Origin: Azolla caroliniana
Lineage: Eukaryota > Plantae > Polypodiophyta
Assembly: GCA_043228905.1 (NCBI GenBank)
Contig: JBHGNT010000004.1
Coordinates: 11,222,001 to 11,286,000, forward strand
DNA: 64,000 bases
Direction: 5' to 3'
The position numbers and the translations under genes were made by a program. Below are positions 25,141 to 37,053 of this stretch, in pieces. Under the pieces are notes generated by a model. That model searched no databases and was not told the DNA's origin. It saw only the letters and a list, made by a program, of their open reading frames with translations. Every line of letters begins with the position of its first letter. Positions within the stretch are counted from its first letter, which is position 1.

Positions 25141-27345
25141 AGCCTTGCACGTGCCCACAATAACGAAGAATTTGGTCTCGGTCGGCCAAATCGTGGAGCA
25201 AGGCATGCAAGTCCGCTTCAACAACGAAGGTTGTTTCATTGAGAAAGATGGCCGACTCATAGCTAAGGGGCGGAGAGACGGCGGAATGTTCATACTTGAT
25301 TCGAACGAGGTGAAATCGGCAATGTACACCTAAGGTCTCAAAATCAAGACAAGTATCGAGTTGTGGCACAAGAGAATCGACCACATAAACCTCCAATGGT
25401 TACGAGTGATGCAAACCAAGCGAGTTGTCATTGGACTTCCGACATTTGCGTCGAAACGAGTCGACCGAGTATGCGAAGCGTGTCAACTCGGCAAACAACA
25501 TCGACTCCCATTCCCGAAGGACAACTCCACAAGCAAAGGCCTCCTCGAAGTAATACACTCGGATGTATGGGGACCAGCTCAAACGTTGACGATCGGCGGA
25601 TGCCGATACTACGTAACCTTCATCGACGACTAGTCCCGCTACGCCTGGATCTGCCCGATGAAGAAGAAAAGCAAAGTGCTCTCCCACTTCCAAAAGCTCA
25701 AGCGTCAAGTCGAAAAAGAAACTGGTCGGCACATTCAATGCCTACGATCGGATGGAGGCAAGGAGTATTTCTCCGATGAATTCACCTCTTACCTCCAAAG
25801 TGAAGGAATTTGGAGAGAATTCTCGTGCCGACACACACCCCAACAAAATGGAGTAGCCGAAAGGAAGAATCGGCAAATACTCGAGGTAGCACGCATCATG
25901 ATGCATGAGAAGCACATGCCGAACCTCTATTGGGCCGAAGCGGCATCCACAGCCGTCTATCTCATGAACCGGTGCACCACCAATGGAGTCCATGAGTTAA
26001 CTCCCTACGAGCTCCTCGTCAAAAGGAAGCCGATCCTGCCACACCTCAAGGTGTTCGGAAGCATTACGAATGTACACATCCCGAACGAACAACGACAGAA
26101 TCCCGTCGCGAAGTTGGAGGAATGTATCCTCATAGGATACTCATCCAAGAAGAAGGTATACAAGTGCTACAACCCTTCTACCTGAGCGGTTCGGGTAAGT
26201 CGAGACGTAGTCTTCGACGAGTCCACATCCTCGTACGCACCAGAGACAACACCGACTCCGACTCCGCTCGACCCGGAATCCACCGAACAAGAGGTAGAAG
26301 ATGGAGATCGCTTCGAACACATGTTCGAAGAAAGTCCGATTACAGCAAAGCCTAGTGGGCCACAAGACCCCCCACGCGACCCAAGCACGTCGCGGCCAAG
26401 TACAAACTTGGACAAAGGCAAAGGTAAGATGCCCGAATACGAAGTCGACCACCCCGATGACAATGATTCAGATGGATTGGCTCCCTCACTAGACAGTGAG
26501 TTTGGTGTACCCTTCATGCGTACACTCGGAGTAAAGAAGGCGCTCACATCGGCGAGCGAAAAACTTCGACGCTCTTCTAGAGCTAAGAACTCCGTCACTC
26601 GACACGGCTACAATGAGTCATGGCTCATCACTATGCCTTCGCAATGAAGGTAGCGGTGGAACAAGAGCCCAGGAGCACTACCGAAGCGGGTTGTAACCCA
26701 CGATGGTTGGAAGTAGTCGACCTTTGCCCACACACTACAAGCCTTCGTCACTGGCTTGAGGGGGAGGAACTGAGATAGCCACGGCGAGGAAAACCGAAGG
26801 CCGGATGGAAGCCACACAGAAGCCGACATCGGAAGCCGGACAACGCCGAAAACAATGCCGAATGTTGGACACCTCACACTTGAGCTTGAGGGGTATGTGA
26901 GAGATCAAGCTCAACTTAGTTTAGTTAGTTAGTCAACTATGTAACTTCATAGTTACCTAGATAGAATATTGTTTGAAGTGTTGACTATAATGCCTTAAAT
27001 ATGACCTTGTACTTAAGTGGGATATTCTAGATCCTCCACGCCCAAGTACATTTAATATAGGACTTACACCCTTGTACCTATATTCTCCTCACACATGTGA
27101 ACCCTTGCACAGGAGATCTATATATAGCTCATTGATGGTATTTTTGTAATTGATGATGATAAAGCTAATTTAATATAGTTACTCATCTCCCATCTTGTGT
27201 TGTTCATAAGTGTATCTCTCTCTCTCTCTCTCTCTCCCTCTCACACACATACACACACATACACACATATCACATAATCTTCCGCTTAACTTAATCACAT
27301 AATTAGGTACTAATTAACCTTTAATTACTTACCTAATTCTTAACA
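25141..27345 (+). mobile_element. Internally deleted Ty1/copia fragment (pre-integrase, integrase) with 3' LTR 26896-27345
   Basis: LHVPTITKNLVSVGQ, HSDVWGP, LRSDGGKEY, QQNGVAERKNR. RT and RH are missing after about 26670; PPT TTGAGGGG precedes a TG..CA LTR. Confidence 0.82.
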
Positions 27346-27380
27346 GGGCACAAGTGCTATAACCCCTCGACTCAAAAAGC

Positions 27381-29947
27381 TCAAGTCGAGACGTCGTTTT
27401 CAACAAGTCCGCATCCTGGTACGCACCAGACACAACTCCGACTCCGATTCCGCTTGACTCGGAATCCGCCGAAATAGAGATAGAAGCCAGAGATCGGCTC
27501 ACACGCATGTTTTAAGAAAACCCAATTACGACAAGGCTTAGTGGGCCACAAGAGCCTCCGAGCGATCAAAGCACATCTCGGCCAAATCCGAAGCTCGACA
27601 AAGGGAAGGTGAAAATGCCGGAGTATGAAGACAATCACTTTGACGACAACGAATCGACTCACTCCCTCGATAGTGAGTTCGAAGGCATTGAAATCCGGAA
27701 AAATGGAGCAAAGAAAGCCTTAGTATCTGCAAATGACAAGCTCCGCCGATCCACCCTGAAAAGAACCCCGTAAGCTGATTCGGCTACAATGATTATATGG
27801 CATACCATTACGCCTTTATGATGAAGGTAGTGACAATACGGGAGCCAGAAACGTTTTCCGAAGCCGCGAAGGACCCCGGATTGGTTGAAGCGATGAATGA
27901 GGAGATGCAAGCACTCTCCCAAAACAAGACATGGGATCTTGTCCCCCACTCATCGCACAAGAAGGTGATCAGCTGCAGATGGATCTACAAGGTGAAGTGT
28001 AACGCCGACGGCTCCGTGAACCGCTACAAAGCTCGACTCGTAGCAAAAGGATACGCACAGACGCATGGAGTCGACTACGAAGAGACATTTGCCCCGGTGG
28101 CAAAGATGACGACTATGCGGACAATGATTGCACTCGGAGCGACGAAAGGGTGACACCTCCGCTAATTGGACGTCAAGAACACCTTTTTTCAAGAAAATTA
28201 GAAGAGGAGGTGTACATGGTACAACCACCTGGCTTTGAATCCAGCATTCATCCGAAAGCCGTATGCCAACTCAACAAGCCTCTCTACAGCCTCAAGCAAG
28301 CACCACGTGCTTGGCATTCGAAAATTACACAATATCTTCATGAAATCGGCTATCAAATGTCGAAATCCGACAACTCCCTCTACGCACCAATTTACCAAAC
28401 AACTCTAGAAGCTCAATTGTCATCATCCTATACGTGGATGATCTGGTCATTGGAGGAGAAAGTTTAGTCAACATCAATAAGGTGAAATCCCTCCTCTCCA
28501 ACAAATTCAAGATGACGGACATGAAGGAACTTCATTACTTCTTAGGCGTCGAAGTAATTCGGATTCCGACCGGCATTATGATCTCTCAATGGCACTACAT
28601 TCTCAACTTATTATACAAGTTTGGGATGACAGAGTGCAAATCTGTGGCAATTCCTTTCGATCGAAACCTCAAACTAAATGCGGACTCTGGCATAGACGAG
28701 TGCGAGCCGACTCAATATCGACAATTGATCGGGAGCCTCATCTATCTCACGATCACTCGACCCGACCTCAGCTATCCGGTCAGCGTCCTTAGCCAATTAA
28801 TGCAAACTCCACAAGATATCCATTTCGATTGTGCTAAGCGAGTATTACGATACGTGAGCGGCACAATGGATTACGACATCCTCTACGCATCAGCCACATC
28901 AATTTGACTCGAAGGGTACAAGTATGCCGACTGGGCCGACTACCGAGCTGATCGACAATCGACCTCCGGATTTTTCTTCTCACTGGTAACAGAGCAATAT
29001 CTTGGAGTAGTAAGAAGCAGCCTACCGTTGCACTTTCGAGTATGGGGGCCGAATATAGGGGCGTAGCTGTAGCTGCATGTGAAGCCGTATGGCTCAAGAG
29101 GATTTTAAAGGATTTGGGCGTTCCCATCAAGGATCTGACTCCCATTTACTGCGACAACATGAGCAATATATATCTGGCTCGGAACCCAGTGTTCCACACA
29201 CACACAAAGCATATCAAAGTGCACTACCACTTCATTCGAGAGTGTGTTTAGGCCAGAGATGTCGATCTTCTACACATCAACACGAATCTTCAGACAGTCG
29301 ACATCTTCACCAAGGCCCATATCGAAGTGCACTACCACTTCATTCAAGAGCGTGTTTACACCGGAGATGTCGATCTTCTACACATCAACACAAATCTTCA
29401 GACTGCCAACATCTTCACCAAGGCCCAAGGAGCCGACAAACTTCGGCAATTCATGTCAGACCTAGGGTTGACGATCCCTGATTGTGTTGAGAATCAAGCT
29501 CAACATAGTGCAACGTGTGAACACACCTTTTGAGAATCTATTATTACTCAAAGGTCAAGAATCACACCACTACTCTCTACACATTAACTATGTGTCATAG
29601 AATCATATTCTATGACATATAACAAATGAGTTACATATTCCCCATGACTATGAGCCTTCACATTCCCCAAGAGAGAGTGTTTGTTGTAGTTAGTTAATGA
29701 AGAGAGAGAGTGAAGTTAGATATAAAACACCCTCCTCATACTTCATATTAAGTTGGTTGTGACTCCTTGTAATGCTACATTTTGTATTTGCTATTTTACT
29801 TGTGAGAATATATATCCTCTTCTTCTTGAGTATTTCATTTCTCTAGATTATCTATCTTGTGTTTCTCCTCTCTCCTCTATTTCCTCTCACACATACACAT
29901 AACACATATCTCTTCTGTTGCACAAGAATCATTCCCGATTCTTTACA
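27381..29947 (+). mobile_element. Ty1/copia 3' fragment (RT, RNase H) with 3' LTR 29485-29947
   Basis: YKARLVAKGY, YVDDL, YCDN and HTHTKHIKVHYHF motifs. LTR TGTTGAGAATC...TTTACA is related to the 5419 and 8342 LTR family. Confidence 0.85.
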
Positions 29948-30269
29948 GTAAATAGAAAGTACATAATTAAATATCATAAACAAAAATTGAAGAAGAAAGA
30001 TTGAATCAAGCACATCTACTCTTACATTGGATAATGTTTATATACTAGTGCATGGCTTATTTTTTACTAGAATAGACTATCTGCGACATACCACAATGAA
30101 GATACTAAAAGAGGATCTCGAATGTGGCTCTAGAACAACACAAAGAGAAACAAGAAGTATGACTCATAACCACGATGAGGTTGGATTGCAATTACATGAA
30201 GATAATGCATTAGTTGCCATTGATGATGAGGATGAGACCTCATAAAATCCTACTAGTTCATCGGAGCCT

Positions 30270-32500
30270 ATCATAGGTCGGTTGTTTGCCTGACCATAGT
30301 GCTTGTGGCACTTCGAGCTTGATTGCTTTCGACGGTGATACATTTACCAGGTATACTACCGTCTGCAATGCCTCAGCCCAAAACTCTAGCTTTAGTCTGG
30401 CTTGCTGGAGCATTGTCGTTGCCCTCTCCAGGATCGTTCGGTTGATCGATTCTGCATGGGTGTGTAAGGAACAGTCTTTTGATGTCGGATCCCTTTGTCA
30501 GATAGGTACTGTTTGAAGGTTCTGTAGGTATATTCTCCTCCGTTGTCAGATCAGAGTATCTTCACTCCATATCTCGACCGGTTCTCCACTTCAGCTATTC
30601 ACTGAGTGAAGACCTCGAGTGCTTCGTCTTTGAACCTAATCAAGTAGGCCCAAACCATCCGTTTACAGTCATCTACAAAAGTGATGAAGTATTGGGAGCA
30701 TCCTAGTGATCGCTCTAGCATGGGCCCACATATATATGTGTGCACGAACTCTAGGGGTTGTCGTACCATTTCGTAGTGGAGAGAGTGTGGACTTCGGGTC
30801 TGTTTCCCATATCAACAATGCTCATAGAAGTCCGTCTTTGCTTGGAGTTTTAGGATGTAGCCGACCGCCATGAGTCGATCGAGTCTAGCTTGAGACATAT
30901 GGCCGAGTCGATCATGCCATATGTTCGGGTCAGTCTTTTCAGCTATGTTCATGACCCCGTCTGGATTGATTGCCATCATTGGGTACAAGTTGTTGTACTT
31001 GTGCTGCTTCTAATCTTCAGATTTCCTCGGTTGATCATCCATGCCGACTCACTTAGAGTCGTTCGATACCCATCTTCGGCATACTTGCCGATGGGAGCCA
31101 GACTCCTTTTCAGATCAGACACGTGTCGAACTTGGTGCTGGATTATTGTGTTGCCGTTTGGCAGTTGAATTGGTACTTTGACCAACTCATGCTATTCTGC
31201 ACTCCTACCCATTCCCTAGTCGGACTGTGCCCCAAGCGTCGACCGAATAGTTTGAAAACCATTCGATATTAGGGGTCACATGGAATGTGGCACCGTAATC
31301 CAGTACCACGTGTGTGCATCTTGTGCACTGTAGAGGACTTCTCCAATCGTTGAATCCTCTAATGAGAAAATTTCTCTTGATCGGGTGTCAGCAACGTTGA
31401 TTTGGTTGCCGACCGGAGAGTGGTCCGAGTCGGGTCATCCTTGATTCCGCTCGGATCGCCGACCACTCTCTTTTCTCTTGATCAACTAGTCGTCAGAAAC
31501 ATTGTGGCCAGATTTTCTGCAATGTGTGCAGAGTTCACCTAATCGGCTCGTTCTCGACTTCGACCGTTGTCGGTCTCCCCTCGTCTTTGATCGGTTGGTG
31601 TTCCGACTGGTTTTATCAGCTTGCTCTCTCGATCAACTAAATCTGTCGATCGGCTTGGTTGAGTGGTGGGCTTTTGTCGACTCGTCGATGGTGAGTTCCA
31701 TCGATTTTTGTCGAATGTCCTCGATGAGGACTTGGACGATCGTCTCATCCAGATTTAGGATTGGTCGGTTATTGGTGTATGTCGTGCAGAATACCTCCCA
31801 ACTCCCCGAGAAGCTTGATAGGAGGGCAAGGGCTTTCACTTCTTCTTCGAAGTTGATCCCTTGTGAGGAGAGTTCTGACAACACCCGGCTGAAGGTGTTA
31901 ATGTGGGAGGTAGCTGGATTGGTCTCTGCCATCTTCATGTTGAACAATTGTTTGATCAAAATCAGTTTTGATGATGAGGACTTTTTCTTGTACACGCTTG
32001 TAGCTTCTCCCACAATGAGAACACTATCATCTCTTTTGCCATGCTGAGGTAGACGTTTTCGGCTAGATGCATTCGGATGGTGGAGCATGCCATTTCGTCT
32101 GTAGATCTCCACTTTTCAGTAGTCATCGAGGTATGTTTTTCATTGTGTCAAATGGCTTCGACTTGTCTTTTGATGATCAACAAATCTTGCATTATGTCCT
32201 TCCATAGGGAAAACTTTTTGTCATCGAATTTTCTGATTTGAACTCTTGTTCCGGATGTTGAAGCCTTAATCTTCTTTGAAAGTGAGATTTTACTAACCTA
32301 GTCTTTTTTCTTTCAGCTTTTTCTATTGTTTGTTGTTGCTGAACTGCAAGTCACTTTGATACCAGTTGTTGATCGAATATGCGTGGAAACCTATGTATGA
32401 GGATCTGTCATAGTGTTCAGCAAACAACACAGAAGGAAGGCAAGAGAATACAACAAAAGATAGACATGGTTTAAGCTTTAATGGAAGCTTTGTTATTACG
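30270..32500 (-). mobile_element. Heavily decayed Ty1/copia 5' half (gag, PR, IN), PBS and partial 5' LTR
   Basis: Gag ORF 31633-32112 (LIKQLFNMKM, HINTF, ALALLSS); integrase relics (FITFVDD, SDNGGEY); PBS-like TGGTATCAAAG near 32354-32364. Confidence 0.7.
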
Positions 32501-32501
32501 T

Positions 32502-35046
32502 TGTCCTGGTATTCCGCGCGGATGCGTAGAAACAAGGCAGGACCACGGGGGTCTTGAACCAAGGAATCAGGAATTGAGGGGAAGGAGTCCGCACTTCGCA
32601 TGAACACAGAGACCGTGGGTAGATAGAGAAGAGTAGCGGAGAGAGAATCGTGTGTTTCCGGCCTGACACGACGTGAAAAGACAGAGACACCGCGAGCAAC
32701 TCAGATTAACGAGGTAAGTTATATTAAAGCGAATGGGCGCATAGCGCAGTAAGCGATTAGAACCGGATCAGAGCTGGTGATAGAGTCTCGAGTAGAATAA
32801 CAACGTAAAATGATGTAGTAGATTAACACTAGTAGGTAGAACGTGCGTGTGAAGCGTAGGGAAACAACCGGTATGGTCCTGTGACTAAGCTTCGAGCTCT
32901 CGAGCAAACACACATAGTAAGGTGATGTTGGGAGACAGGTCCCTCCGGATGGGAAGGGAGAAGAACAGTGCCGATGAATAAACTCGGCCGAGGCCGAAAC
33001 GTTATGAGCTGTACCCGGCTACGGAGAGCCGGATGGTGCAGACCCGGTGAAGACCGGATGAGGAGTACCCGACTACGGAGGGCCGGATGGTGCAGACCCG
33101 GTATGAACCGGATGAGGAGTACCCGGCTACGGAGAGCCAGATGATGCAGACCCGGTGAAGACCGGATGAGGAGTACCCGGCTACGGAGAACCGGATGAAG
33201 AGACATATTCGTAAATATGTTTTCTGATAGTCCATCGAGACTATATTTGTAAATAGCCGAAAAGTCATATTAGTATAAATATGACTTAGGGAAAACTTTT
33301 AGATTACTGTTGTTGTCATATTCTTGTTGGTGCAAGGACAGAGTGAGCGCGTAATTGTGTACAGAGAGAGAGAGAGAGAAAGAGGTCGTTGCCTCTGTTG
33401 TAACCACCGCCTGTGGCGAAGATCGTGAGCACGAGGTCGTTGCCTCCGTGAACTCACTGTTGTACATTCTAGCATAGTGATAGTTTGCAGCCTGTGGGCT
33501 GCCGTGGTTTTTCCCCTAGTTTGGGGTTTTCCACGTAAACCTCCTGTGTATCTTCCTCTTCTTTGTGTCGTGTTCTATTTCCCGTTTTCTGTGTATCATT
33601 CTAAGCTTGGTTGTGGCCGAGCGTTGCGCATAAGGAACGTCCAGTTCCCGTCAGGTGAACCTCTAGTCGGGAGCACGCATGCGTCTCATCTGAGCTGAGG
33701 GTCCACCTTCCGAGGTTCGGTCATAGAGCTTGAGCCGAGAGCAAGCAAAAGAGAGACCTCCTATCTTTGGTTCGGTAGCCTCTTCTTCCCCTCCCGATTG
33801 TCCCTAAAACAGTCTAAGGCCGCCCCTTTTATCGCACAAGGAGAAACCGTTACATAAGCTTTAATGACCCGTCGCTATCCATCCCTAGATTCTCTCCTTG
33901 ATGTGCTCTCCTCGTTACTCTCCCACATAAGTTAATTAAAAAGGGAAGTGTACTCATGTACACCTGTGTTCCCACATATTTGACGAAGTTTCCCCTTATG
34001 GCCCGGAATCTTCACGACATCCACCCCCACTAAACCGCACATCCTCCGGTACGTACTGGGTAGAGAATTTAGTGAGGGATTCTGAGGCTAGCCATTACTC
34101 ATCCTCCTGGTCTTAATCGCCGCTTTCGATCCCCACCGCTGGGTCCGGTTCCTCCTCGTTTCGCCTCTTGAAGGCCTTTATCCGCTTTCCGGCCACCGAT
34201 GTCGTCATTCGGGTCCCGTCAAGCTCCGCAAGATGATACGTCGCGTTGTCGTTAGCGTTGATTACCACGTACGGTCCGAACCACTGTTTTGCGAACTTAT
34301 GCGTAGACCGATGCTAGTTGTCGAGATTGCTGTCGTAGCTCAGCACCCAATCACCTTCTTCGATCTTCTTTGGCCGGAGTCGGTGTGTTCAGTCGAACCT
34401 AGCCTTGTTTTGGTTTCTCACTTCCTTCACCCTCGCGGTTGCCCGTTCCACATCTTCCGGCCTTCGCTCGAGTTGTCGGATGCGTGCTGCCAAGAACTCC
34501 TCTCGACTCATTTCGTCGGCCCAATCGATCGCCATCCAGGAGGCAATTGTTCGCTCCACCGGCATGATGGGTTTCTGCCCGAACATGAGTTCCGCCAGCA
34601 TGTACCCTGTCACCGAGCTATGGGTAGTCCGGTCCGCCCATAGTGCGTAAGGGAGTAACCTCGGCCAATCGCCGACTCATCCTTCGCACGCGCATACAAT
34701 GACCTTTATGATGGGACCATGGCCCCGCTCAATCTTCCCATTCGCTTTAAGGTTTTATGGCATTCTGAGGGACAACCTCATGCCTAACCGGTCGAATAGT
34801 TCCTCGGCCTCCTCCGCATCCAGCTCTCCTTGGTCAGCCACAATCTTTCCCACGCACCCGTATCGGCATATGACATCTTCGATCAGAAATTGCATACAAT
34901 CGTGGTGGTCTTCTTTGTGACCACTCGGCCCTCCCCCTGGTTCGTCAGATCTTCCCTTGCTAGCACCAGGTATTGCATCTGGCCAACTCCCATCGGCATC
35001 GTTACCAAGTCGACCATCCATTTGAAGTGTACAACCGACAGGTATG
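32502..35046 (-). mobile_element. Ty3/gypsy 3' LTR (~32502-34019), PPT and integrase; same family as 4000-5418
   Basis: Shares the TTCACGACA|TCCACCCCCAC junction with 4981-5000. Integrase ORFs 34389-35089 (KWMVDLV, KIVADQG). The LTR start is approximate. Confidence 0.8.
32926..33653 (+). repeat. Solo LTR of the Tnt1/Tork-like copia family, inside the gypsy LTR
   Basis: TGTTGG...GTCA ends; TSD GGTGA (32921-32925, 33654-33658); homologous to LTRs 45517-46098 and 52948-53561; U3 tandem repeats at ~33010-33200. Confidence 0.9.
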
Positions 35047-35458
35047 TGACAGGAACTACACGCTCCCTATGCGCAACGCTCGGCCACAACCAAGCTTAGA
35101 ATCAAACACACAAAATGGATAATGAACGCACGACACAATGAAGAGAAGAGTACACAGGATGTTAACGTGGAAAAACCCAAACTAGGGAAAAACTACGACA
35201 GCCCACAGACTGCAAACTATCACTATATCAGAATGTACAATAGTAGAGCACCGAGGCAACGACCTCGAGCTTGCTATCTTCGCCACAGGCGGCGGTTACA
35301 ATAGAGGCAACGACCTCTTCTTCTCTCTCTCTCTCTGTCATAACTAGACTCGAACCCATAACCTTTTGTTACACGGGTCGAGACTTTACCATTAGGTTAT
35401 GAGTTGTAATTTGAAGGATATTATTTTCATTTAGGTTTTATTAGGAAATTGATGTATA

Positions 35459-35518
35459 TTCCAGATTTCTCTGGAACATTCTAGAAACTTCAGGAGTATT
35501 CCTGAAGACACTATAAAA
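35459..35518 (+). promoter_or_regulatory. Heat-shock element array plus TATA box in the chromovirus 5' LTR (repeated at ~40753-40812)
   Basis: TTC ca GAT tt CTC tg GAA ca TTC ta GAA ac TTC ag GAG ta TTC ct GAA: ten in-phase alternating units, seven perfect. TATAAAA follows at 35512. Confidence 0.8.
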
Positions 35519-35625
35519 GGAGGCGCAAGGCATTAGTTCGAACCAAATCGGTTCAACGCCAGTCTTAAGCCTTCTAACTACTGTTGTATATCTTCCGTCA
35601 TATAATACATATATCTTTCGCATCA

Positions 35626-35661
<36 letters not shown>

Positions 35662-35796
35662 ACTCATTCCTTCTCTCAAAGTTCGACACCTCTCATAGTA
35701 CTAATCCTTCTCTGTCTTAGTACTATTCCCCAACAATAGTACTAATCCTTCTTTTAGTACTAATTCCTTCTCTGCCTTAATAGAGTTCCTGACAGT

Positions 35797-35808
35797 TTGA
35801 ACCGATTT
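35797..35808 (+). other. Self-priming primer binding site
   Basis: TTGAACCGATTT lies 2 nt after the 5' LTR and is the exact reverse complement of AAATCGGTTCAA at 35545-35556, 33 nt after the TATA start. No TGG tRNA-type PBS is present. Confidence 0.8.
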
Positions 35809-35883
35809 TTTCCTACTAGTCTCCCTCTTCCTTCTGTCTCTCTCCTTTCCTACTAGTCTCTTATTTCCCTTTTCCTTCATCCC

Positions 35884-37053
35884 ATGGCCACCGTTAGCGC
35901 TGAAGAGTATCAATCCGTTTTCTCGGAATTTCAATGCTTGAAAGAGAAGTTTCATGCTTTGGAACAAGAAAATCAACGCTTGTTGGGGGATCTTCAGCAA
36001 ATTTCCTTAGAAAAGCAGCAAACGCAACAACAGCATGGGGAACTTGCGTTACGCGTGCAACAACTCGAAGCAACCATCGTAGCAATGCAACAACAAGGGC
36101 ACGGAGCACAAGGGATTCATAAAGAACCCAAGATTGGCCTTCCCACGAAGTTCGATGGAACGCGATCGCAGTTTAGAGGGTTTCTTAACCAGGTACGGTT
36201 AGTTATTCAAATGCATCCGTCCCGATATCCCACCGATGCATCACGAGTGGGTTTAGTAGGCACGTTGTTAAATGGCTCAGCATTAGCATGGTTCGCTCCG
36301 CTACTAGAAAAGGAATCTCCAGTACTAAATAATTTTGAAGAATTCATAAGTGAGTTTAAAGCATGTTTTGGAGATACTGACAGCATAAGGACTGCAATCA
36401 ACAAAATCCGGCGATTACGCCAAGGTGACCGTCCAGCCTCCGCATATGCTGCAGATTTCCGCCTACTCGCCGCTGATATCCCCTGGGATGATCAAGCATT
36501 GATGGAGCAGTTCCGCTATGGTCTACGCAACGATGTCAAGGATTTACTCTTGACTTTCCCTGAAGAGCCAAAATCATTAACAGAAGCAATCAGTCGAGCG
36601 GTCAGATGTGACAACCGCCTCTTCGAGCGACGTTCGGAACGACAATTTCAGATGCCGAGGGCAAGATCCGAGCCTACCTATGCCTCAGTGGTAGCGAAAC
36701 CTTTTCAAAGGGAGTCACATAATGCGCCTCCAGTAAGTACTCCAACTCCAATGGAAATTGACACTACACGTCGTCGTGGGCCGCTATCGGAGGAGGAAAA
36801 GCAACGACGCCGAACAAACCGATTATGCCTTTATTGCGGTGGACCAGGGCATATCGCGATAAACTGTCCCCATAGACCAAGAAGGCAGGTAAACCAAGTC
36901 ATTGTTAGTTCTGACTATACTAAACCCGAGTCTATGTCAGTAGGAATCTCTGATAATCCTCATAGTCATAATAGTCCTAATAGTACTAATAGTCCGAATC
37001 TCGCAAACAAATTTGATGTCCTTAGCCAATTAGAAGAAGAGTTAAACGACTAA
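35884..37053 (+). CDS. gag: Chromovirus Gag (coiled coil, capsid, CCHC knuckle)
   Basis: 389-aa ORF with PTKFDG, LRQG..YAADF, F.YGL, PMEID and CLYCGGPGHIAINC motifs. Confidence 0.95.
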   Translation: MATVSAEEYQSVFSEFQCLKEKFHALEQENQRLLGDLQQISLEKQQTQQQHGELALRVQQLEATIVAMQQQGHGAQGIHKEPKIGLPTKFDGTRSQFRGFLNQVRLVIQMHPSRYPTDASRVGLVGTLLNGSALAWFAPLLEKESPVLNNFEEFISEFKACFGDTDSIRTAINKIRRLRQGDRPASAYAADFRLLAADIPWDDQALMEQFRYGLRNDVKDLLLTFPEEPKSLTEAISRAVRCDNRLFERRSERQFQMPRARSEPTYASVVAKPFQRESHNAPPVSTPTPMEIDTTRRRGPLSEEEKQRRRTNRLCLYCGGPGHIAINCPHRPRRQVNQVIVSSDYTKPESMSVGISDNPHSHNSPNSTNSPNLANKFDVLSQLEEELND

